Assembly (NCBI GenBank): GCA_964652475.1
Contig: CAZZCK010000003.1
Span: 3,503 to 59,177 of the forward strand
Length of the DNA stretch: 55,675 bases
From: an uncultured Azospirillum sp.
Lineage (GTDB): Bacteria > Pseudomonadota > Alphaproteobacteria > Rickettsiales > UBA3002
Direction of reading: 5' to 3'
Shown here: piece after piece, positions 38,371-44,798 of the stretch
How the letters are laid out: each line of letters begins with the position of its first letter
Position numbering within the stretch: the first letter of the stretch is position 1
The notes under the pieces: generated by a model
The model's database searches: none
What the model was told of the DNA's origin: nothing
The model's input: only the letters and a program-made list of their open reading frames with translations
Made by a program: the position numbers and the translations under genes

Positions 38371-38742
38371 ATGGATTTATTGAATGCGTGTATCGGCCAA
38401 CGACTTAGAAACTCTAGGCTGGCGGCCGGATTAACTCAATCGGATCTGGGTTCGATCGTGGATGTTTCATTTCAACAAGTACAAAAATACGAGCGTGGGT
38501 TGAATCGTGTTAGTGCGGTCGATCTTTATCATTTTGCGAAAGCACTCGACGTTCCGATCGCCTATTTTTTTGAAGATATGGATGCTTCATCCAACGCAAA
38601 GGCGCCCACCCTCGAGGTGGAAATGCTCAGCTTAACGGACCCCACCCTTATGAAAATGCTGCGGATATTCGTGGCGATTGAAGACCCCAAAATTAAAGAA
38701 AGCATTTTTAAGTTATTGAAATCAATAGATAAAAATAGATAA
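38371..38742 (+). CDS. XRE-family helix-turn-helix transcriptional regulator
   Basis: IGQRLRNSRLAAGLTQSDLGSIVDVSFQQVQKYERGLNRVS is a classic Cro/C1 HTH. Start moved to ATG 38371. Confidence 0.85.
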   Translation: MDLLNACIGQRLRNSRLAAGLTQSDLGSIVDVSFQQVQKYERGLNRVSAVDLYHFAKALDVPIAYFFEDMDASSNAKAPTLEVEMLSLTDPTLMKMLRIFVAIEDPKIKESIFKLLKSIDKNR

Positions 38743-38769
38743 GCGTTTTAGGCATTCAGGAGGCGGTGC

Positions 38770-39489
38770 ATGGACTTCTTAGCGTTTATCGAGAAAACGA
38801 ACGCCGCCCAGGACAAAGAAGAAGCGTTCGAAGCCTATCTTGGCGCACTGAAAACTTTTGGCTTAGACCGGGTTGTCTACAGCTACATGACCGACCACCC
38901 GCTGCTCGATAAAGGCACGCAGCACGGGGTCATTCGCAATTACCCGGATGAATGGATGAAGTACTATATCGAGAAGGGCTACACCGAGCACGATCCGGTT
39001 TATCAGGGCGCGCTGAAGTCGCCACGGCCTTTTGCCTGGAGCCAGATTGAAGAAAGGGAGCTCTCGTCGAAGCAACAATTGGTGATGAATCAGGCAAAGG
39101 AATCTGGTCTGCTGGATGGCATGGCGATGTCAATCCGTGGCACGATGGGAGAGTGTGTCGGGGTAGGGATCGCAAGCAGCACGGGTGGCGTGCGATACGA
39201 CAATAATCAGCTTTCACTTCTCTATGCGCTGACCAATCAGTTTCATCTGGTGCATACAGACTTTATGCTGCGCGAGACACTGCCCGCCGGCATTCAATTC
39301 ACCGAACGCGAACGCGAAATATTGCTGTGGGCGGCACGCGGAAAGAGCAATGCCGTGATTGCCGATATCCTCAGTATCACCGCGCACACGGTCGATTTCC
39401 ACCTGAGAAATATTTTCAAGAAGCTCGGGGTGAATACCAAAATACTCGCAACCCTAAAGGCCATTCGTCTGGGTCTTATCTGCCCCTAA
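38770..39489 (+). CDS. LuxR-family acyl-homoserine-lactone-responsive transcriptional regulator
   Basis: Autoinducer-binding signature residues (EWMKYY...HDPV...FAWS...G) plus C-terminal LuxR HTH (LTEREREILLWAARGKSNAVIADIL...TVDFHLRNIFKKLGV). Confidence 0.9.
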   Translation: MDFLAFIEKTNAAQDKEEAFEAYLGALKTFGLDRVVYSYMTDHPLLDKGTQHGVIRNYPDEWMKYYIEKGYTEHDPVYQGALKSPRPFAWSQIEERELSSKQQLVMNQAKESGLLDGMAMSIRGTMGECVGVGIASSTGGVRYDNNQLSLLYALTNQFHLVHTDFMLRETLPAGIQFTEREREILLWAARGKSNAVIADILSITAHTVDFHLRNIFKKLGVNTKILATLKAIRLGLICP

Positions 39490-40487
39490 CCCGGTGCCAG
39501 CAAATCGGCAAGGCGTGAAATATTCTTCACCATGGTGGTGAGGAATCGGGACGCTTCAGCGCCATTGACAAGGCGGTGATCAAAACTTAGCACCAGCGAT
39601 GCCGGATTAAGCGACGTAGCGCAGGAGCTTGGCAGCATGGGACTGCCGATGAATAATGTCGCAACCGATGGGTACACCACCACCGGAATGGCACGCCCGA
39701 TGCCATAGCTCGAAAGATCGGAGACAGCTACCGAGTGGTACTCGGTGATCGTATCGCGCATTTTTTGTGAGGAAGAAACTTGGAAGCGGCATAGATCAAT
39801 AAAATCATCAAGCGAAGCAGTGCAATCAACCGTAACGGTGGCAGTCCTGAGCTCGTTATTACCGCAATCAACCGCAATCCCGAGCTTACAGTCGTTGTGG
39901 GTCACATAGCGTTCATTATCGAGGATGCGCGAACGAAACGGTGGGTGATTCGACATGGCGTGTGCCGTCGCCCAACTGATAATTTCAACCGACTTGGCAA
40001 CCCGTAGCCCCTTCGATCGCATCGCGCGGCGTATGGTGTGAATGAGGCGCCAGTCGATCTGAACCTCGATCGATGCCGGCACCACCTGTTTTGCCGAATG
40101 CTCAAAGCTACGTATGAGCCGCTGTTGCATGGGCGAGAAAAACTGTTCATGCGCATTCGCCGTTGCCCGGTTTGGATGTGCAGGCACACGGATAGCAGGT
40201 GCAGACAATGAGCTGCCGACACTCACCGTAAAGTCCGCCTGCTCCGGTGAGGTGTCGATGACGACAAGCTCGCTGCCAACCGAAACTTCTTCGCAAGCGT
40301 TATACTTGTATTCTTTAATGATGCCGCTGACGGGGGATTCTATTTCCATCACCGCCTTGTCAGTCTCAAGGGTCAGCAGCGGCTCGTCGCGCATCACCCG
40401 ATCCCCGACTTTCTTGAGGTAATTGGCGACTTTCAGGGTGCGAATTCCTTCGCCAAGTTCTGGTGCGATCATCGAATAACTCTGCAT
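39486..40487 (-). CDS. Lipoyl-domain E2 acyltransferase of a 2-oxoacid dehydrogenase complex (no E3-binding domain)
   Basis: Lipoyl-lysine motif LETDKAVMEIESP. C-terminal 2-oxoacid_dh catalytic domain ending SFDHRLVNGAEASRFL. The ATG abuts the E1 stop. Confidence 0.85.
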   Translation of the reverse strand: MQSYSMIAPELGEGIRTLKVANYLKKVGDRVMRDEPLLTLETDKAVMEIESPVSGIIKEYKYNACEEVSVGSELVVIDTSPEQADFTVSVGSSLSAPAIRVPAHPNRATANAHEQFFSPMQQRLIRSFEHSAKQVVPASIEVQIDWRLIHTIRRAMRSKGLRVAKSVEIISWATAHAMSNHPPFRSRILDNERYVTHNDCKLGIAVDCGNNELRTATVTVDCTASLDDFIDLCRFQVSSSQKMRDTITEYHSVAVSDLSSYGIGRAIPVVVYPSVATLFIGSPMLPSSCATSLNPASLVLSFDHRLVNGAEASRFLTTMVKNISRLADLLAPG

Positions 40488-42488
40488 TTACTTCCCCACC
40501 GTTTGGGTGATCGCTTGCACGATACTATGCACCTGTGGCATCAGTGCTTCTGCGGTTTCGTTGTGGAAGGGCACCCATCCATCCTGTCGGCTCAGCAGGT
40601 GTGGGTGGGCAGTAAGGGCTGCCCATACACGCGCATCAACGATGCAGTGGCTAATAAGCGCCTGGCCAAGCGAGCAGGATTCGCTATCCTCCTGGACGAC
40701 CATGAAGCGGCCCGTTTTGATGATCGATTTGCGTACTTCTTCCATCTCCGAGAAGCGAATGGCGCGCAAATCAATTAACTCAACCGTGATCCCCCGCGCC
40801 GCTACCTGATCGGCGGCCAGCTCCGAAAGTTCTACACCGTTGCCCCAGGTAAGCAGGGTGATATCCTTACCGGGACGCGTGATGATCGGTTGTTCGGCAT
40901 ATAGCGGAATCACCGGCGCAGACTCAATCTTCACTTTTCTGAAAAATTGGCGTTTCGGTAAAAGTAACAGCACGGGATCCTCCCCATAGGCTGCGGTGAG
41001 TAGCTGTGATGCAGCATCCTGAGGGCTACTTGGAATGATCACCTTCAGGCCAGGCACATGGCCGAACCATGCCTCGTTACTTTGTGTATGCCAGGGGCCG
41101 CCGCCCGCAACATAGCCGCCATACGGTGCCATGATAATCATCGGGCATTGTTGCTTATTATCGGTGCGCCAGCGCAATGTAGCAATCTGATTAACCAACT
41201 GATTAAAGGCGGGGCCGACAAAGTCGATGAACTGTAATTCTATAATAGGAAACAGACCAGACAAAGCGAGACCGGAAGCGGTGCCTGCAATCGTGGCCTC
41301 TGCCAGTGGCGAATTGAAGACGCGGTGTGGGAATTGACTCGACATACCCCGCGTTAAACCGAACACCCCGCCTTTGGGATCCTCGATATCTTCGCCGAAG
41401 ATCACCACATCGTCGCGGGCGGCAAGTAACTGGCCTAGCGTGTGGTTAATCGCCTCTGCCATGGTCCAGCATTCCTTATCCGGTGCCAAGGCAGGGTAGG
41501 TGGGGGTATGCGTTTGGCCGAGCAGATGGGCGCTGACACTGGCGATGGTTGGGTCTTCAGCGGTGACCGCCCAGTCATACATCTGACGAACTTCGTTGGC
41601 GGCGCGTTCCTTCAAACTTGCAATGCGCGGTGGGGTGAGCATACCCCGCTCTAACAGCCGCTTCTCCAATCCTTGAATGGGGTCGCAATGCGCCGCGCAG
41701 GATTCGAGATCTTCGGCGCTGCGATACATACGCTGATCATCGGCCGAAGTGTGTGACATCAGCCGGGCACAATGCATCCACAGGATCCTCGGCCCTTTGC
41801 CCTGACGACACTCCTCCGCCAGCTGTTGTGCCTGTTCGAATACCTCTTGCACTTCCCACCCCATCACCTCAGTGGTGATGGCCTGGTTGAGCAAGCCCAT
41901 ATCGAGCGGTGTATTTCCCTTCGTGCACGTGCTGATGCCATACTTGTTATCCTCGATCACAAAAAGCACCGGCAGCTGCTTTTGTGTGGCAAAGGCCACC
42001 GCTTCATAAAACTCACCTTGGCGTGTGGCGGCATCGCCGATGCAGCATAGCACTACCTTGCTTTCGCCGCGGATTGTAATGCCCCATGCATGACCGACAG
42101 CGGGCAGGCATTGCATACCTGTCGGCGATGCGCACGACATGACATGCTGATCCGGCGCAAAGAAATGGCTGGCCATCTGGCGGCCGCCGCTGCTGGAATG
42201 CTTTTTCCCGAAATAATCAAGGGCAATCGTATCAAGCGGCGTCCCGCGCGCCAAAAGAAACGCGCGGTCGCGGTAATAGCAGTAGGCCGGGTCATCCGCG
42301 CGCAAGGCCGCGGCCACGGCAGCCATCGCCTCATGACCGGCGCTTGGAAGCTGGAATTTCCCCATGCCTTGCCGAAAGAGGATGCTTTCCCGCCGGTCTG
42401 CCTCGCGCGATACCAGCATGGTATGGTAGGCCTGCAGCATATCCAAAGCGGGCGGCGCGGCTTCATAGATCTGATGCTGTCGTTGCAT
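40488..42488 (-). CDS. Fused E1 alpha-beta thiamine-diphosphate-dependent 2-oxoacid dehydrogenase component
   Basis: N-terminal half has TPP motif GDAATRQGEFYEAVAFATQKQLPVLFVIEDNKY. C-terminal half is E1-beta/transketolase-like (VVIFGEDIEDPKGGVFGLTRG, NSPLAEATIAGTASGLALSG). 666 aa. Confidence 0.88.
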   Translation of the reverse strand: MQRQHQIYEAAPPALDMLQAYHTMLVSREADRRESILFRQGMGKFQLPSAGHEAMAAVAAALRADDPAYCYYRDRAFLLARGTPLDTIALDYFGKKHSSSGGRQMASHFFAPDQHVMSCASPTGMQCLPAVGHAWGITIRGESKVVLCCIGDAATRQGEFYEAVAFATQKQLPVLFVIEDNKYGISTCTKGNTPLDMGLLNQAITTEVMGWEVQEVFEQAQQLAEECRQGKGPRILWMHCARLMSHTSADDQRMYRSAEDLESCAAHCDPIQGLEKRLLERGMLTPPRIASLKERAANEVRQMYDWAVTAEDPTIASVSAHLLGQTHTPTYPALAPDKECWTMAEAINHTLGQLLAARDDVVIFGEDIEDPKGGVFGLTRGMSSQFPHRVFNSPLAEATIAGTASGLALSGLFPIIELQFIDFVGPAFNQLVNQIATLRWRTDNKQQCPMIIMAPYGGYVAGGGPWHTQSNEAWFGHVPGLKVIIPSSPQDAASQLLTAAYGEDPVLLLLPKRQFFRKVKIESAPVIPLYAEQPIITRPGKDITLLTWGNGVELSELAADQVAARGITVELIDLRAIRFSEMEEVRKSIIKTGRFMVVQEDSESCSLGQALISHCIVDARVWAALTAHPHLLSRQDGWVPFHNETAEALMPQVHSIVQAITQTVGK

Positions 42489-42506
42489 GAAATTACATCC
42501 GTAACA

Positions 42507-42848
42507 CTAGTTAATCGTGAAGCTTCTCACAGGCTTATACGCCAGTTGTAATTCTTCGATTTTCTTAATGATATCCTTACGGATCGAGTCGTTATCGACC
42601 GAGGCGAATTTGGCCAGAAACTCAATCGCCAGCATCAGGCTCTGATCGCCAAGCAGCCTGAGGCCTTGCCCGACATGCTGCTCATCGGCTTGGTTTTCGA
42701 TCCAATACAAAATATCGGAAGAGGCATTCTTGATGAGGCCCGATACGATCGACAGGTTCGAGGACTCGGCCTCATTGGCAAGATAGCTCAATCCTGCAAG
42801 GATCTGTTTGATAGCGTCTTCCTGACGTGTTGAAATACTGTTCTGCAT
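42507..42848 (-). CDS. Hypothetical 113-aa protein between luxI homologue and E1
   Basis: ORF fills the gap exactly (11 nt after the luxI stop, 18 nt before the E1 start). No family recognised. Confidence 0.55.
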   Translation of the reverse strand: MQNSISTRQEDAIKQILAGLSYLANEAESSNLSIVSGLIKNASSDILYWIENQADEQHVGQGLRLLGDQSLMLAIEFLAKFASVDNDSIRKDIIKKIEELQLAYKPVRSFTIN

Positions 42849-42859
42849 AACCTCTCGTG

Positions 42860-43504
42860 TTAGGCAACGGCTGCAACGCCGTCGCTGATGTAAACGCTGT
42901 ACCCATCGAGCACATTGCCCGTAATGCCTGAATGCGCGCGCACGGATGCAAGAATCTCTTCGGAAATGACCATCTCGCCGGCGACTACACGCTCGTTCTT
43001 ACGCAGTTCCTCAACCGGCCCGATAAAGCGGATCGGCCAACCCGCGTTAATGAACACGGCGCGCCAGATGGGCGGCGGCATCACTCCGATGAAGGCGTGG
43101 ATGTTGTTCTCCAGGCCATATTCGAGGAACGCATGAATAAGCTCCGCATGGATGCGTTTTCGCATTTCAATGGGCAGCGATTTATCGATACAGAAGCGCG
43201 AGGCTTCCCAGATATCGCTGCATTTCGGCAGGTCGATCGTCGTCACCAGATGCGGCCAGATCTCCTCGAGCATGTAGGGGCGCGAGGTCGGGACAATACG
43301 CGTGGTGCCGCGCACAATACCCTTGTAGTCGCGCCAGGCGAAGTAGACCGTAGCGGGTGTGTCGTAAGTATCCCATTCCATATTCTTGAAGATGGGGACT
43401 TCGTAGCTTTGGCGCTCGACGAACGACTTATACCGAAGCCGATACATCGACGGTATGATATCGCCAAAGAAATGCGCACTTTCCAGCGATGTGACAGTAA
43501 TCAT
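42860..43504 (-). CDS. LuxI-family acyl-homoserine-lactone synthase
   Basis: Aligns by eye to LasI-type blocks: RLRYKSFVERQSYEV...MEWDTYD...GTTRIVPTSRPYMLEEIWPHL...IWEASRFCI. Start set at MITVTS (ATG 43504). Confidence 0.88.
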   Translation of the reverse strand: MITVTSLESAHFFGDIIPSMYRLRYKSFVERQSYEVPIFKNMEWDTYDTPATVYFAWRDYKGIVRGTTRIVPTSRPYMLEEIWPHLVTTIDLPKCSDIWEASRFCIDKSLPIEMRKRIHAELIHAFLEYGLENNIHAFIGVMPPPIWRAVFINAGWPIRFIGPVEELRKNERVVAGEMVISEEILASVRAHSGITGNVLDGYSVYISDGVAAVA

Positions 43505-43555
43505 AGAGCCCCCATGACGTGTGGGTGCATCATGCAAAAAAGCTCTCGGGCGCGT

Positions 43556-43590
43556 AACCTACGCACCTACGTAGGGGCGGTTCGTACAGG
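43556..43590. promoter_or_regulatory. Candidate lux-box-like operator region upstream of the luxI homologue
   Basis: Perfect 10-bp palindrome CCTACGTAGG (43566-43575) flanked by AACCTACG (43556-43563) and CGTACAGG (43583-43590), 52-86 nt upstream of the ATG. Confidence 0.35.
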
Positions 43591-43649
43591 AGAATTCGGT
43601 AGTTTCAACCCATGGCGGCGAATGACACCCCATTCTTTTGTGTACAGCT

Positions 43650-43678
43650 AAATTTATAAGTTTGTTTCCAAATTTATA
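43650..43678. promoter_or_regulatory. Direct repeats AAATTTATA (x2, 20-bp register) upstream of the cI-like repressor gene
   Basis: 43650-43658 and 43670-43678 read directly, 41-69 nt upstream of ATG 43719. Candidate operator and/or promoter elements. Confidence 0.3.
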
Positions 43679-43718
43679 CACGCATCTTCTGCCTGTTTCG
43701 CGCTATAGTGCCCGCATT

Positions 43719-44309
43719 ATGGGGAATAATTTACGCAAACTGCGCGAAGAGCGGGGCCTTACCTTACGAGATATGGCGGATAAAACTGGCTACTCGTTTT
43801 CGCAGATCCAGAAGCTTGAAATGGGTGATCGTCGCCTGAGCTTTGTCTGGAAGCAGCGCTTAGCCACGGTGCTCGAATGCCACCCGGACGACCTGGATAG
43901 CGAAGATGCCGGCATTCATGTGCCGATTGTGGGCGTACTCGGGGCCGGTGCAAAAGTAAAGCTGGCGCAGCCTTCCGGTAAGGGGGGCGGGCTATCCGAA
44001 CCGGCGGCGCCGTCTGGCTTCAACCCCAAGAAAACCGTGGCGATTGAGGTGAAGGGCGACGCATTGGCCCCCCTGATTTGCAATGGATTTCGCCTCTATT
44101 ACGAAGACAAAATTTACGGCGTGCCGGAAGAATTTCTCGGGAAGATTTGTGTCGTTGAAGTAGAGAGCGGGCAGGTTTATGTCAAAATTCTGCGCAAAGG
44201 TAGTAAGCTTGGCTACTACCATCTCGAGAATGTAAACCCGAACGACCCACCGCTTCTCGATGTCCGCATCAAATGGTCGGCGAAGGTGCGCTTCTGGGAG
44301 CAGCCGTAA
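43719..44309 (+). CDS. cI/LexA-like repressor (XRE HTH + S24-peptidase-like domain lacking the Ser nucleophile)
   Basis: HTH LRKLREERGLTLRDMADKTGYSFSQIQKLEMG. The C-terminal domain has VKGDALAP where S24 proteins have GDSMxP. Start moved to ATG 43719. Confidence 0.8.
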   Translation: MGNNLRKLREERGLTLRDMADKTGYSFSQIQKLEMGDRRLSFVWKQRLATVLECHPDDLDSEDAGIHVPIVGVLGAGAKVKLAQPSGKGGGLSEPAAPSGFNPKKTVAIEVKGDALAPLICNGFRLYYEDKIYGVPEEFLGKICVVEVESGQVYVKILRKGSKLGYYHLENVNPNDPPLLDVRIKWSAKVRFWEQP

Positions 44310-44422
44310 GCACCGGTTAGTAGAAATTCCGGTACGTATTGTTCTGCATTTACCCTACCCCACCAGAAATTTGTATACAAATGTGTACTTTTTAGCTATG
44401 TCTCGATTACACAGACCGAGAT

Positions 44423-44785
44423 GTGGTGATGAAAGATACAGCGATCCATGTTCTTGACCGCCTGGCAAATGGCGTGCACCCCATGACGGGTGAGATCTTC
44501 GCGGCCGATTCGCCGTATAACGATCCCACCGTCATCCGTAGCTTGTTTTTTGCCCTTCAGCATTTGCAACATGCTACGCTTGATAAGCGGCGGAAGCATC
44601 ATGAGCGGGCATGGACGCTGGATCAGCAGCAGTTCGTCGCCGATGCGTATCGTGAGGGCGCTTCACTGATCTATATCGGAAAAACACTGAAACGCAGCCG
44701 CAGCTCTATCCGTTCGGAGTTGGTGCGCCAAGGCTTGTTAGCGCAAGCAACGTATGGGGATAGCGATGACCAGGAAATCCTATAA
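44423..44785 (+). CDS. Hypothetical protein (120 aa)
   Basis: ORF with plausible coding sequence. The basic C-terminal part (KTLKRSRSSIRSELVRQGL) may be a small DNA-binding helix region. Not assigned to a family. Confidence 0.5.
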   Translation: MVMKDTAIHVLDRLANGVHPMTGEIFAADSPYNDPTVIRSLFFALQHLQHATLDKRRKHHERAWTLDQQQFVADAYREGASLIYIGKTLKRSRSSIRSELVRQGLLAQATYGDSDDQEIL

Positions 44786-44798
44786 ACCGATCATTCGC

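Noticed and set aside
39486-42488. E1/E2 genes as an ordinary acetoin or branched-chain keto-acid catabolic operon merely neighbouring the QS genes.
   Set aside because: This is not fully excluded. However, there are no companion catabolic genes (E3, acyl-CoA dehydrogenase, acoX/acoR). The gaps to the luxI homologue are 0-18 nt. The low-GC composition shared with the QS genes favours a single functional unit.
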